64,000 nucleotides of DNA from Felis catus (taxonomy: Eukaryota): assembly GCF_018350175.1 (NCBI RefSeq), contig NC_058369.1:3846001-3910000 (forward strand), given 5' to 3'. Both the position numbers and the translations under genes were made by a program. The notes beneath the pieces are model-generated. The model made no database searches. It was not told the DNA's origin and saw only the letters and a program-made list of their open reading frames with translations. Positions 1 to 12,632 of this stretch are shown piece by piece (position 1 is the first letter of the stretch; every line of letters starts with the position of its first letter).

Positions 1-149
1 AACAGAATAGAAATTCCGTTTCTGAGTGTGTTTCCCCCGCTCAGCAACACGCCCCATGAAGGCCGGGGGCGGTGGTGGTGTTGGCACGTCTTGTCCACTC
101 TTGCCCCTCTCGTCGGTCCCCGGACACAAGGCTTGTTTGATATTTGAGC

Positions 150-320
150 GCCGTGGGGCCGGGAGGCCCGGGTTCGAATCCTGGCCCTGCCCTCTTCTGG
201 CTGGGTGGTCTTTGGGGAGTTGCTTAACCCCTCTGTGCCTCTGTTTTCGCATCTGCAAAATGGGTGATTACAGTAGCGTATCAGAGCGGTGTGAAATAGG
301 ACAATTACCACGCAATAAGC
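150..320. mobile_element. MIR SINE
   Basis: GGTTCGAATCCTGGC...CTTAACCCCTCTGTGCCTCTGTTTTCGCATCTGCAAAATGGG core. Confidence 0.75.
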
Positions 321-1168
321 GGGAGTCGTCTTTGGGGACAGGGCCGGGGCCCCCGGGGGACTTGGCAAGATTTCGCAGCGTCTTTGTTCTTCTGGGCTGC
401 TGCTAAGTCTCTAGGAGGCAGTCGTGGCTGGAAAAGGCTTTCCTTCCTTCCTTTTTTTTTTTTTTTTTTTTAATTCATTTGTAGTCACATGATCACCCTG
501 CAAATGCATTTCCCATCATGAAGTCAGAGACTTACTGCAAAAACCAAAGTCCGGGTGCACCCAGCGTTCGCCCTGGCCTCCTCCTTGCCCTCTGCGCGGG
601 GCTGGGTTGTGGCAGCCTTTCCGTGGTCAGCCCCAACGACCTTGTCACGTTGTGGGTCCTGATGCTGCGGGCGGGCCACCTGGACCCCGTGGGCCCGGGC
701 TCCTTCCACGGTGTGATATGCGGGGCCTCTGGGCGCGGGTGGGGCTGGCTCACGACCCATGTGGGGCCTCTCAGTGCGGGTGGAGCTTGCTGGTGGCACA
801 GCGGGGACCCAGGGGACGTTGTCCTGAGGAGCAGCTTCCAAGAAGCGAATGTCTCGTAAACCAGGCGAAAGCTAATGGCATGTCACGACCTCACCTGGGG
901 GATCCCTCGGCACCACTCGCCCCGGATCCTGCAGGTGCAGACAGTCACGAGCCCACCCAGATCTGAGGGGGAGGGGACAGGGACTCCACCTCCCCGCTGG
1001 AGCCACGGCAAACAGCGTGTGGTCCTCGTGGAAACGGCCATACCGCAGCACAGGTGTCCTCCCAGTGCGTCCGTGTCGCTGCCCGATCTCATTTTTCCTG
1101 GGGATCTAAAATCACATATGTATCCTCGAGAAAAGATCTAGCGTTTTCTTTTCGATGTGGATACATTT

Positions 1169-1353
1169 GTTAATGTCTATGTTGAGAGAGACTGTGCGCA
1201 CACACACAGAGAAGCACACACGAGAGGGGAAGGGGCAGAGAGAGACTCCCACTCTCATCAGGGAGCCGACCAGGGGCTTGATCCTGTGAGATCGGGACCT
1301 GACCCCAAATCAAGAGTCAGACACTCAACCGAACTGAGCCACCCAGGGCCCCG
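1169..1353 (-). mobile_element. CAN-SINE
   Basis: ACTGAGCCACCCAGG head on minus strand; target-site duplication GATGTGGATAYATTT. Confidence 0.85.
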
Positions 1354-1384
1354 GATGTGGATATATTTATGATCCTTATTATTT

Positions 1385-1610
1385 TCTTTCTTCTTGTTGT
1401 GTCAAAATACACGTAACGTAAAATGTACCATCATAACCGCTTCTAAGCACACAGCTCAGGGCAGCAAATATGTTCACCTTGCTGTGTAGCCGGCCCCGCT
1501 GCAGACGTCCAGAACTCTGTTCTTGCAGATCTGAAACCCTGAACCTGCTCAACACTGACACCCCAGTCTCCCCTCCTCCCAGGCCCCGGCACCCACCATG
1601 ATGATCCGGG
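1385..1610 (-). mobile_element. Old L1 (L1MB-like) 3'-end fragment
   Basis: AAAATACAC..TAAAATGTACCATC..AACC..CCAGAACT..CTGAAACCCTG pattern. Confidence 0.6.
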
Positions 1611-1699
1611 ATCTTTTTTATTTCCAACTTCTCATCGGCTACTGCTGTTGTTACAACTAGCCGATGACCATAAAAGAATTACCCTAACTTAAAGCAAAA

Positions 1700-1903
1700 A
1701 TTTTTTAAGTTTATTTTGAGAGAGGCAGAGACAGCATGAGTGGGGGAGGGGCAGGGAGAGAAGGAGAGAGAGAGAATCCCAAGTAGTCTGTGCACTGTCA
1801 GCACAGAACCCGACGTGGGGCTTGAACTCATGAAACCTCAAGATCACGACCTGAGCTGAAACCAAGAGTGGGACGCTTAACCAACGGAGTCACCCAGGCA
1901 CCT
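1700..1903 (-). mobile_element. CAN-SINE
   Basis: T-rich tail, GA-rich tract, CACCCAGGCACC head. Confidence 0.85.
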
Positions 1904-1904
1904 C

Positions 1905-3495
1905 AGACTTTCAAGTGGGCACTCAAATGGCCAGTTAACCTACAACAAAGGAGACACAAGCCTACAGTGGGGAAAAAGACAGTCTCTTCAACAAATGGAG
2001 CGGGAAAAACCACACCACGTTCTTCTCCCATACGCAAAAATAAACTCAAAAGTGGGTTAAAGACTTGAATATAATACCTGAAACCATCAAACTCCTTGAA
2101 GAAAATAGAGTCATTAAGCTCTCTGACATGGGTCTTCACGATATTTTTCTGAATCTTTCTCCTTGGGTAAGGGAAACAAAAGCAAAAACAGAGAAGACTC
2201 TGTTAAACTAAAAAGCTGCTGCACAGCAAAAGAAACCACTGACAAAATGAAAAGGCATCCAAGTGCATGGGAGAGAGATAGTTGTAAATAATATATCTGA
2301 TAAGGGGTTGATATGCAAAATATATAAAGTACTCCTACAACTTAACCACAATAACAAAACTAAGCGACCCTATTAAAAAATGGGCAAAAGACGTGAATCG
2401 GCACTTTTCCAAAGAAAACACCCAGATGGGCTAACAGACACATGAGAGATGGTCCACATCACTCATCATCAGGGAAATACAAACCCAAACCACAAAACCA
2501 CCTCACACCTGTCAGAGTGGCTAAAATCAACAACACAAGAAACAACAGGTGTTGGCGTGGATGTGGAGAAATGGGAACCTCTTGCATTGTCGGTGGGAAT
2601 GCAAACTGGTGCAGCCTCCATAGAAAGCAGTATGAGGGCTCCTAAAAAATTAAAAATAGAACTACCCTATGATCGGGGTGGGGGGGGGGCGCCTGGGTGG
2701 CTCAGTTGGTTGAGCATCTGGCTTCGGCTCAGGTCACGATCTCACGGTTCATGGGTTCAAGCCCCGCATCAGGCTCTGTGCTGATGGCTCCGAGCTTGGA
2801 GCCTGCTTCGGATTCTGTGTCTCCCTCTCTCTCTGCCTCTCCCCTGCTCACGCTCTCTCTCTCTCTCAAAAATAAATAAACATTAAAAAAAAAAAAAGAA
2901 CTACCCTATGATCCAGGAATCCCATTTCTCAGTGTTTATCTGAGGACAACAAAAACACTAATTCAAAAAGATACATTCACCCCTATAGTCATTGCAGCAT
3001 TATTTACAACAGCCAAGATAGGGAAGCAGCCTAAGCGTCCAGTGATAAGGAATGAATAAGGAAGGTGTGGTGTGTGTCTACACAGAATATGACTCAGCCA
3101 TTAAAGGGAATGAAGTCTTGACATTTGTGACAATGGGTCAGAGAGACAAATACTATGTGATGTCGCTCATATGGGGACTCTAAAAAAAAATAAAACAGAG
3201 ACAGACTCACAGAGAACAAATTGGTGGTTGTCAGAGGGGAGAGGGGTGGGGGCGATGGGTGAAGTACGTGAGGATAATCAAGGGGTACAGACTTCCAGTT
3301 ATACAATAAATAAGTCACAGGGGTATAACGTACAGCATAAGGAATAGAGTCAGTGGTACTGTAATAACTTTACACGGTGGGAGATGGTAATTAGACCTAT
3401 CATGGTGATTATTTCATAAGGTATAAAAGAATCATTATCATGTACATCTGAAGCTAATTTAATATTGTAAATCAATTATAATTCAATAAAAATTA
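1905..3495 (+). mobile_element. LINE-1 3' portion (ORF2 end and 3' UTR), interrupted by a CAN-SINE
   Basis: L1-typical sequence (AAAAATGGGCAAAAGAC, CATCACTCATCATCAGGGAAAT, CACACCTGTCAGAGTGGCTAAAAT); ends in AATAAA/A-rich tail; ORF is broken. Confidence 0.88.
2675..2896 (+). mobile_element. CAN-SINE (SINEC_Fc-like) inserted in L1
   Basis: GGGGCGCCTGGGTGGCTCAG head; 17-bp TSD AGAACTACCCTATGATC at 2658-2674 and 2897-2913. Confidence 0.92.
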
Positions 3496-3560
3496 TAACT
3501 ATTTATTTTGGAATAGTTTTACACTCCCAAGTAAATTGCTAAAATAGTAGAGAGTTCCAC

Positions 3561-3778
3561 GGGGCGCCTGGGTGGCTCAGTAGGTTAAATGTCTGACTTC
3601 GGTTGAGGTCATGATCTCCCGGTTCGTGGGTTCGAGCCCCACATCGGGGTCTGTGCTGACAGCTCGGAGCCTGGAGCCTGCTTGGGATTCTGGGTCTCCC
3701 TCTCTCTCTGCCCCTTGCCTGCTCACGCTCTGTCTCTCTCTCTCAAAAATAAATAAACATTAAAAAAAAAATAAAAAA
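3561..3778 (+). mobile_element. CAN-SINE
   Basis: tRNA-derived head, CT-rich tract, AATAAATAAA-A tail. Confidence 0.9.
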
Positions 3779-3894
3779 ATAGAGAGTTCTTGTGTATTCT
3801 TCACTCAGCCTCTTCCTCATGGCCCAGTGCATCGGTGAAATCAGGAAATTAACATTGATACAATGCCAGTAACTAATCTACAGACTTTATTCAA

Positions 3895-4099
3895 TTTTTT
3901 TAACTTTTAAAAAATGTTCACTTATTTTTGACAGTGAGAGTGAGCAGGGGAGGGGCGGGGAGAGAGGAGACAGAGGATCCGAAGTAGGCTCTGTGCCAAC
4001 AGCACAGAGCCAGATGCAGGGATCAAATTCACGAACCATGAGATCATGACCTGAGCCAAAGTTGAACGCTTAGCTGACTGAGCCACCCAGGCGCCCCCC
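3895..4099 (-). mobile_element. CAN-SINE
   Basis: TSD GACTTTATTCAA on both sides. Confidence 0.9.
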
Positions 4100-4528
4100 G
4101 ACTTTATTCAAATTGAAGCAGTTTGCCTCTCATGTCCTTTTTTCTGGTCCAGAATCCAACCTAGAACTACAAGATGCATTTTGCCATCACACTTCCTCAG
4201 TTTCCTCTGGTCTGTGATAGGCTCTCATTTCTTGTTTTACAGTCACGACACCGTCAAGGCTACTGGTTGGTTATTTTGTAGCAACTCCATCACCTCGAGT
4301 CTGCCTGGTGTTCACTCATGATTCGACTGAGGTGGTGCCTTTGGGGACAAGAATATCATGGAAGTGATCCCGGGTCCTTCCGTCTCAGTGCAGTGAATCA
4401 TGCGGTGTGTGGTGTCGATAGGTCTGGTCGCTAGGGGGCGTTGACTTTGATCACTTGGTTAAGGTCTTGGTCGACAGGCTTCCCCGATGTTAAGTTCTTT
4501 TCCCTTTGTAATTAAAAAGCATCTTGTG

Positions 4529-4752
4529 GGGGCGCCTGGGTGGCGCAGTCGGTTAAGCGTCCGACTTCAGCCAGGTGACGATCTCGCGGTCCATGAGTTC
4601 GAGCCCCGCGTCAGGCTCTGGGCTGATGGCTCAGAGCCTGGAGCCTGTTTCCGATTCTGTGTCTCCCTCTCTCTCTGCCCCTCCCCCGTTCATGTTCTGT
4701 CTCTCTCTGTCCCAAAAATAAATAAAAAAACGTTGAAAAAAAAATTAAAAAA
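4529..4752 (+). mobile_element. Young felid CAN-SINE (SINEC_Fc)
   Basis: GGCGCAGTCGGTTAAGCGTCCGACTTCAGCCAGG head with CpGs intact; 15-bp TSD AAAAAGCATCTTGTG. Confidence 0.92.
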
Positions 4753-5270
4753 AAAAAGCATCTTGTGTGAAGATACTTTGAGACTATGCAAATACGCTGT
4801 TTTACATCCATCTTTTTTTTTTTACCCACTAACTTTATTATTATTTTCATTATTAAAATCCTCTCTTCTTTTCTGAAGCATCTATCCCATGGCTGACTTA
4901 TACAAGGTAGTACTTGTACACATCCTAGTGCTACAAAACAATGACTTAAAAAAATCCCATCTTTCAAGCAAGTACTTGCAAACTAAAGGGAGGAGCCTAA
5001 CTGGTTACACACACAGGTTAGAGAAGAGCCAGTGAATTCTGCCTGACTTTGCATAGAGAGTAAGAGTCGGATTCAAATGCCAAGTGTGGGAGTGTGGCAG
5101 ACCTCGCTTTTATGTGGAAAATTACTTTTCTTCTGGGCTGTGAGCATGTGGTCCTAAAGGTCTAAAAATGACTGTGCCGAGCAGCTGATAAGAAATTGGA
5201 TCAGAGCTCTCTGCGACTGGAAGTGTTCTTAGTTGAGCTGCCCCGACTTCAGAAATAAGCCAATGACTTT

Positions 5271-5449
5271 CGTTTTAACGTTTATTTGTGTATTTTGAGC
5301 GAGAACACGAGTAGGGGAGGGACAGAGAGGAGAGAATCCCAAGCAGGCTCTGTGCTGACAGCAGGGCTCGAACCCACGAACTGTGAGATCACCACCTGAG
5401 CCAAAATCAAGAGTTGGATGCTCAACTGAATGAGCCACCCAGGCACCCC
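5271..5449 (-). mobile_element. CAN-SINE
   Basis: TSD GCCAATGACTT; head GAGCCACCCAGGCACCCC. Confidence 0.88.
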
Positions 5450-5724
5450 GCCAATGACTTTTTATGATGGCTTCATAATCGGTATTTTACTGGATTTCCT
5501 TATTGCCTCTAACACAGTTTAAGGTGATTCTTCTGAGTTGTCTAGGTAGGCAATCCTATCTTTGGCAATATTAAAAACTTTGTCTTTTTCTTTTTCAAAC
5601 TTGTACCTCATTTCTTGTTCTTGTCTTATTGCATTGGCTGGTGTCACCAGTATTACATGAAATAATTGTTCTGATAATGGATATTCGTTGTCTCGTTTCT
5701 GAATACAATGGGCACGTTTCTAAA

Positions 5725-5945
5725 TTAGGGATTGACAAATTGTGACCTGTGGGCCAAAACCAGCCCACCACCTGTTTTTGTAAATAACATTTTATTGGAA
5801 CACAGCCATGGCCATTCGGTTTGTCTGTGACAGCTTGAGTGCCTTGGAAGCCCAGCTGACTAGTTGTAACAGAGTACTTCTAGTCTGTAAAGTCTAAAAT
5901 ATTTATATGTGGTTCTTCGAAGAAAAAAGTTTGCCAACTTTGCTT
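5725..5945. mobile_element. hAT-Charlie DNA transposon (MER58-like)
   Basis: GGCCAAA..CCTGTTTTTGTAAATAA..TTTTATTGGAACACAGCC..AAAGTTTGCC pattern. Confidence 0.65.
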
Positions 5946-6221
5946 CTGAAATTTCAACATTATCGATTATTAATTTATCAAGTTAGAGAAGTTTATCTGT
6001 AAAAATCTAATGCTTTGGGTAATATTTCTCCCTCTTCCTATGGATATATTATATTTTTTATTTTATAATTCCTCATACACAGAAGTGACTTAATAGCGTG
6101 TTCTTTATACCTAACTTAAAAAGCAAAACACTACACATAGTTGAAAATACCTACATACCCTTTGCTGAATGCGTTCCCCTTCATCTCGCCCAAAGGGAGC
6201 ACTTACCCTGAATTTGTTTAA

Positions 6222-6416
6222 AATTTATTTATTTTTATTTTTTGAAGACAGAGTGAGAGCAGGGGAGGGGGCAGAGGGAGAAAGAGAGAGAATCTTAAGT
6301 AGGCTCCATACTCAGTCCTGAGCCCAATGTGCGGCTTGATCCCATGACCCTGGGATCATGACCTAAGCCCAAATCAAGAATTGGATGCTCAACTGACTGA
6401 GCCACCCAAGCATGCC
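6222..6416 (-). mobile_element. CAN-SINE
   Basis: ACTGACTGAGCCACCCA head on minus strand. Confidence 0.85.
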
Positions 6417-6439
6417 TACCCTGAATTTGTTTATAGATG

Positions 6440-6950
6440 AGTTTTTCTGAGAGCTTCATAGTTGTAGCTCTTACATTTAGGTCTCTGAGCCATTTTAAGT
6501 TAAGTTTTGGATATGGTGTGAGGTAGGGGTCCAATTGTTCTTTTGCATGTAGATTTCCCATCGTCCCAGCACCATTTGTCAAAGACTGTTCGTTCACTGA
6601 ATGGTCTGGACACCCTTGTCAAAAATCAATTGGTCATAGATGTATGGGTTTTCTGGATTCTCGACTGCATTCCATTGACTTATAGGTCTATCCCTATGCC
6701 AGCATCACAGTATTTTGCTTAGTGTAAGTTTTGAAATCAGGAAATGTGAGTCCTCCAACTTTATTGTTCTATTTCAAGATTGTTTTGTCTATTCTGTTTT
6801 ATTCTGCTGTATGCCAAGATTTTTTGGTCTATCCTTTGCAATTCCAAAAGAGATTGAGAATTGAGTTTGTCATTTCTGTAAAAAAGATCTTCGGGATTTT
6901 TACAGGGATTGCATTGCATCGGTAGATTGCTTTGGGTAGTGTTGCCATAG
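6440..6950 (-). mobile_element. Old LINE-1 ORF2 fragment
   Basis: Minus-strand translation LDPYLTPYPKLNLKWLRDLNVR is L1 ORF2-like. Confidence 0.8.
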
Positions 6951-7055
6951 AGATGAGTTTTTATATATTTGCTGGCATGTGTTTATCCCTAATACATATT
7001 TGCTTTATGTGTGTTAAAATGTACCAGGTTCAAGAAAATTAAAATGTTCCATGTT

Positions 7056-7262
7056 GGGGTGGCCTGGGTGGCTTAGGGAGTTAAACATCTGACTTCGACT
7101 CAGGTCACAATCTTGTGGTTCAAGAGTTCAAACCCTACGTCGGGCCCTCTGCTGTCAGCGCAGAGCCTGTGTTGGATCCTCTGTCTCCCTCTCTCTCTGC
7201 CCCTCTCCCACTCACACACATTCTCTTTCAAAAATAAATAAACATTAAAACAAAATTTTTAA
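7056..7262 (+). mobile_element. CAN-SINE
   Basis: CCTGGGTGGCTTAG head, AAAATAAATAAACATT tail. Confidence 0.85.
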
Positions 7263-7327
7263 AGGTTCCATATTAGTTAATGTAATGAAATTCTTGCAGC
7301 TTACCTGTTTTGCTCAGAGTGATTGTT

Positions 7328-7537
7328 TAATTTTTTAATATTTATTTTAGAGAGAGAGAGAGAGAGAGAGAGCACGAGTGGGGGGATGGGCAGAGACGGA
7401 GACACAGAATCTGAAGCCGCCTCCAGGCTCCGAGCTGTCAGCAAAGAGCCCGACCTGGGGCTCGAACTCAGGAGCTGTGAGATCATGACCTGAGCCGAAG
7501 TCAGACGCTCAACCGACTGAGCCACCCAGGCGTCCCT
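7328..7537 (-). mobile_element. CAN-SINE
   Basis: (GA)n tract; CCGACTGAGCCACCCAGGCGTCCC head. Confidence 0.88.
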
Positions 7538-9959
7538 GTAGTTCCCCACTCATTAATTTCTGATTTTCTTAGTATTTTCCCTAGACTTTTGTTCTCTTTT
7601 TTTGTAGATGATCAAGGTGAAATCTTAACGAATTTATTTTGTTATTTTCCTCACCCATCTATAGCAAGGCTACCTATTTCCCTCTGAATACGTCCTTGCT
7701 TATTTCATTTATATTCAGTGACCTCCCTCCACCCCACAAATGCACTTAAGACTTAAAATTGATCGCCGAGTACGTTTTTGGTTTTTATTTGCAATGGTCT
7801 CGTCATCCAGCGCTGAACATCTTGTAGTACACGTGCGACTTAACTCCTGTTCAACGCTTCCATCTGTGCGGACTTGAGGAACCACGTATCCACGCTGATT
7901 TCTAATTCTGTTGCGTCGCGGGGAGCGAGTGAAGTCTGAAGGCGGAGGCCGCCTTTATCCTGACACACGGTCCGGTTGCGTGATGGCTCTCCGTGTTCGC
8001 ACAGAATGTGCCTTTTCTGTTTGCTGGGCACAAAGTCCCGTCGTACGTGTGGAGTTGATCGCGTTTGCCACTGCGCTCCTGACCTCAAGATCCTTCCTGT
8101 TCTGCCAGCTCGGTCTTTTCCTTTGCCGAGTTAGGTTCAGTCTCCTGCACGGCCGTGGTTTGATCCATTTCCCCTCATGGGTGTTTTTGCTTTCAACGTT
8201 GTAACGTGACGTTGTTCAGGACAAAGGGTGTACTTAGGGTCTTTGAACTCCCCGGAGCGCTTTGGTCCCCAAGTCCTTGGTGATGGGCTCTGTTCTAGGC
8301 TCCGCCCCTTCCTGCCTGGGGGTGAGGTCGGCCGTGGGCAGGTGGAACGCAGATGCCTCGAACGCCCTCACGAGGGCTCTGGGACAGGGGCAAACTCACG
8401 TCCGGGCTCCACCGCGTATTATCAGTGTGATCTTGGGTAAGAGACCCGACCTGTTTGCGCCTCAGTTCCCTCATCTGTCCACCGGCGCATCGTTGGAAGG
8501 CTTAAACGATGCGGCACGAGCCGAAGCATACAGTAAGCGCTCAACGAATGGGGCTGAGGTCATGCTGTCCTGCTGTAGGGCCAAGGCGCCTGGAGATGCT
8601 GTCTCTGGTCACGTCTGTGGGTTTGAGGCAATTCCTTACGTGTCCTCAGTTTCCACGGAGCCTTTGGAACAGTGCTACCAGCACCAATAAGCATCTCAGG
8701 GATTGAGCCCCAGTGCTGAGGGTCACACGGGTTATCTTTCCCTGGAGACCCTCCTTGTCCTGTTTCCGGTTCGGAGGGAAAGGTAGACCCTGTTTAGAGG
8801 GCTCGGGAGACCAAAGAAGGAAAACAGCTGCTTCCTTGGAGGGGTGGGTTTTGAGGGCAGGATTCTCTGGGCAGAGCAGTCTTGGTCAAGTCCTGAACGA
8901 TTCAGGCACGACCAGGCTTGGGGTCAGAATCTGACAGTTCCGTCCGTCCTTGTCCCACAGTCTGTTACTAAGAAGATCCCTTCCCCCCTACTTGTCATCA
9001 GGGCTCAGGAACTCTGCGGTGGTCCTGCTTCTTCCTAATCTTTCTCCCTTCACTGTCCACGGCCCCCCCCCCACCCTCTGCTCCTCCCCTGCTCATACTC
9101 TCTCTCTCAAAAAATAAACATTAAAAAAAAAAAAAAAAAACAGCAACCTCAAAACCGTCCAGAAGTTAAATCTTTTTAGCTTGCTTTCTTTTTTACCGAG
9201 ATTTCTTCTTTTTCAGTTATTTGAATCGAAAGCTTGGCTCAGGTCTTTCTCGTTTTCAACATGTTCCAGGCTGTACACGTTGCTCTGGGTCTCCCTCTGT
9301 CTGCGTCTGACAGGTTACATGATGTCACCTACTATCCGAATTGCTGTTTCAAAAGCTTTGTGAGTTTCATGTCGATTCCTTCCTTAACCTGTGCCTTGCT
9401 TAGAAATGTGCTTTATGTTTTTTTACTTTAGTTTTTTTTATCGTAAGCCCTTCTCAAGGGAGGCTAACACCCCTTGAGGCCAATATCTGGTTATCTAGTA
9501 CTTGTTTCTTGGGATTTGTGAAGATCTCCATTGCTGATCTATAGAAATGTTCTGCGTTGTGTCTGAGAATCCTGGGGGTGGGGGTATAGGGTCTGATAAA
9601 TCTGTTTGAGCTTGTTAATGGCGTTATTTCCAACTACTTTATAGACTTTCTGACTCCTGGATCTGATGGTTTCTCAAACGGGTGACCCTACCCTTTCCTA
9701 GGCTGGGCCCCTGCCCCAAGGCCACCCTTTCTTGTCCCTGGAGCTCCTCTGTGACCACGGGAGGGATCGTTCAACCCACCCCCCGGCACCTCTGCCAGAG
9801 GACGAAGGCTCGGGCACACCCTCCAGCCCCCAGCGTCTGACCAGCTCAGTGTTTGGATCCAGTCACTGGGTGGCCCATGGCGTGGGGAGAACAGTGGCTC
9901 CAACCCCGTGCTTCCCTCCACGGACTCCGCTCCGTCAGGGGAGGGCAGCATGGCGTGGC

Positions 9960-10060
9960 ACGAATCCCAGCTCTGGTTTAAACCCACTGTGTGACTTGCA
10001 GGCGGCACCTGTCCCCCTCTGAGCCTCTGTTTCCCCATCTGTAAACTGGGCTGATGACTG
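9960..10060. mobile_element. MIR SINE
   Basis: GAATCCCAGCTCTG..TGTGTGACTTG..CTCTGAGCCTCTGTTTCCCCATCTGTAAA. Confidence 0.75.
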
Positions 10061-10289
10061 CCCTGTCAGAGCTGGCCCGGCCCCTCTGGTTCTGGGTTCT
10101 CAGATCCCAGTACGGCCCTTTAGACACCGTGTGACCTTGGACGAGCAACACGACCTCTCCGGGCCACGTTCTTTAGCAGACTGTTTACGCGATGGAAGGA
10201 GTACAGACCAGCTCTCCGGGCACCCGCCTGCCCCAGGGACGGGAGGGGACGGGATGGGCGGGGTTAGGACAAAGACTCCACCACCGGCC

Positions 10290-11523
10290 GGGGTCAGACG
10301 ATCTTCCTTTAATACAAAGTCGATATATCTACATACGCAGAGGTGGGAAAACCACCCAACTGCTTCCGTTTGAATAAACAGTGTTGAAAGCGACGGCAGA
10401 CCCACTCTTATACAAAGAGAAAAACTCACTTTCTCGGGGGTGGGGGGATCCCAGTCTTCTGCCCCGTAGTCCCAGAGGGAAAGGGTCCCTGATCCGCGCA
10501 GAACATGGTCTCTCTCTCTCCCGGAAGAAGTGGGACCCCCCCCCGTTTTGTCCAGTCCCCCCTCCACAAGGGCAGGAGACGGCTGGGGCTCAGGCGGCGG
10601 GGTGGGGGGGGTCGCTGCCCTCTCCTCGGAGGCAGCACCCACCCCGGTGGGTTTGAACCTGACGCTGGTGGGCCGGAGTCCCCCCGCTGCCCCACCCTCA
10701 GAACGGTCCTTGATATGTTTCAGAATTTAAAAAAGACAAGAAAAAAAAAAAGAAAAATGCAAAAAGGAAGAAACCAGGAGCAAAAGGGCCTTCTGTTCTT
10801 AAGTGGGGCCCACCTTCCGACGGCAGGAGAAGGAAGCCAGGCGGCCCTGGGGCTGGCTGACCGACCCCGCACGCGCAGGCCTGGGAACACAGCCGTCGCT
10901 CGAGAACGTTCTCTACGGTGAAAAAATAGACTGTCTGTGAACGGAACAGGAATACGCAAAGTCCTTCTTTTTAAATTTGTTGACTGGTAAGTCTTTTTTT
11001 TTTTTCTGTTTGTTTCTTCTTTAAAAAAAAAATGAAAAAAAAATACACTATTTAAAAAAAGAAATGTCACTGGATACAGTTACACTGAGTTGGGAAGGAA
11101 AGCTGAATCCTGCACCCCTTGCCCAGTGGGACCCCCCACCCCCCACACCAGGCTGCAGGGCAGGAGGGCTCTCTGGGGGCGGGGCGGGGGGGGGGGGCGG
11201 GGTAGGACCAGGGCTCGAGCTCACCGCCCTGCCCGCCTCCGGTTCCGGGGAGAACCCCTTGTTTGCTCACCGCCCCCCCCACCCCCCCCCACCCCGGAAT
11301 CTCTCGGTTCAGAATCGGAAGGAAATGAGGAATGTGGCAGTAGCCGGAGGCGGTGGCCGGGCCGGCGAGGCTGCGGGGGGCCGCGTCGTTCCTGGAGGCC
11401 GAGCGGAAACGTGGCCGCTGCCCGCTCCTGCCCTGGCGGCCGGGGGTCCAGGTCTCCGGGGGCCCACCCGGCAGGGGCAGAGGCATCCAGGCCGGTGGCA
11501 CGGGGCCAGCGGCGACCATGGCG
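10290..11523 (-). other. PTPRS: PTPRS 3' UTR (~1.2 kb)
   Basis: Runs from the stop codon to the ATTAAA signal; contains U-rich blocks; cleavage site approximate. Confidence 0.75.
10308..10313 (-). terminator. Polyadenylation signal ATTAAA
   Basis: tttaat on + strand; upstream TGTA elements; downstream GU-rich GGTGGTGGAGTCTTTGT on minus strand. Confidence 0.7.
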
Positions 11524-11592
11524 TTAGGTTGCATAGTGGTCAAAGCTTCCGAGGTACTCCAGCGCGGCCTGGTAACAGAACTGATACTCGTC
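11524..11592 (-). CDS. PTPRS: PTPRS last coding segment: [22 protein letters not shown]
   Basis: CAG acceptor 11595-11593; TAA at 11526-11524. Confidence 0.97.
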   Translation of the reverse strand, partial: DEYQFCYQAALEYLGSFDHYAT

Positions 11593-12146
11593 CTGCGGGA
11601 GGGAGGGAACCGCGGCTCAGGTCGGCGCCTCTGCACCTCCTTAGCCTGCCAGGGCTCCCCGCTGCCCTCGGGAGCAAGGCGGGCGGGCGCCCGGCTCCTG
11701 CAGCAGGGGCGAGTCGCACCTCTGCACAGTGGCAGAGGCTGGGCGCTGTCCCCGCATGCCCTCCCCCCCTGCAACAGTGCCCTCGGGGCTGGGAGTCCCA
11801 CTGCAGCACTGTCTCAGGAGCGACGGGGCGGTCGCAGGGAAGTCCTTTCTAGCTCTGGGCCTCGCTTTCCCCATCTGGGGAGCAGGGGGACTTTGGGGTC
11901 CGTGGCCTGTGTCGGGGCCTGGCTGAGCCACGAACGTGCTGTGACTTTGGGAGCTGCCCCACGCCCTGGGCCACTCCCCGGCTCTGGATTTCGGTCTGTT
12001 GTCGTGTCAAAAGGTCCGACTAATCCCCTTCTGGCCCCAAACAGGTGCCGAGGACCTTCCCAGACGACCCAGGATGGAAGGTGACTGCCCCCATCTCCCG
12101 GAACAGGAAACTGAGGCCCGCCCGTCGCCTGGCCCGCCGCCCTCAC

Positions 12147-12282
12147 CTCCGTCTGCACCATGGCTGGCCTCTGGGTTCGCAGCATCTTCACCGTCTGGAA
12201 AATGTCCACCACGCCCTCGTACCGCATGCGCTCTAGCACGATGCTGAGCGTGATGAACACACCCGTCCTGCCCACGCCGGCG
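12147..12282 (-). CDS. PTPRS: PTPRS exon (136 nt), D2: [23 protein letters not shown]...MVQTE
   Basis: CAG acceptor, GTGAG donor. Confidence 0.96.
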
Positions 12283-12477
12283 CTGTTGGGGGAGGGAGGG
12301 GCGGGCACAGCCGGTCAGGGTCTGTTCCCGAGCGAACCCCGTGTGACCGCCCGATGCCTCAGGGACGCAGACAGCCCCAGCGGGACTGCCTGGGTGGGGC
12401 TTGAGGCTGCGCTCGCTAGGCCTCAGTTTCCCCAGCCGGGCAACGGGCGCGCTGGGGCCTGAGGGACCGCGGCTCAC

Positions 12478-12632
12478 CTGCAGTGGACAGAGATGGGGCC
12501 GTCCTGGCCGAACTGTTCCTTGGTCTTGTGCACTTGGCCGATGAAGTCGATGAAGCCCTCCCCCGACTTCGGGACGCCCTGTTCCGGCCAGTCCGTGAAC
12601 TGGAACTGCCGCACGGTCCGGGACTGGCCGTC
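12478..12632 (-). CDS. PTPRS: PTPRS exon (155 nt), D2 WPE loop to ISVHCS
   Basis: CAG acceptor, GTGAG donor. Confidence 0.96.

Noticed and set aside
1..10200. Possible second gene in the left 10 kb
   Set aside because: The ORFs there map to L1, SINE or MIR sequence; no coherent exon chain was found.
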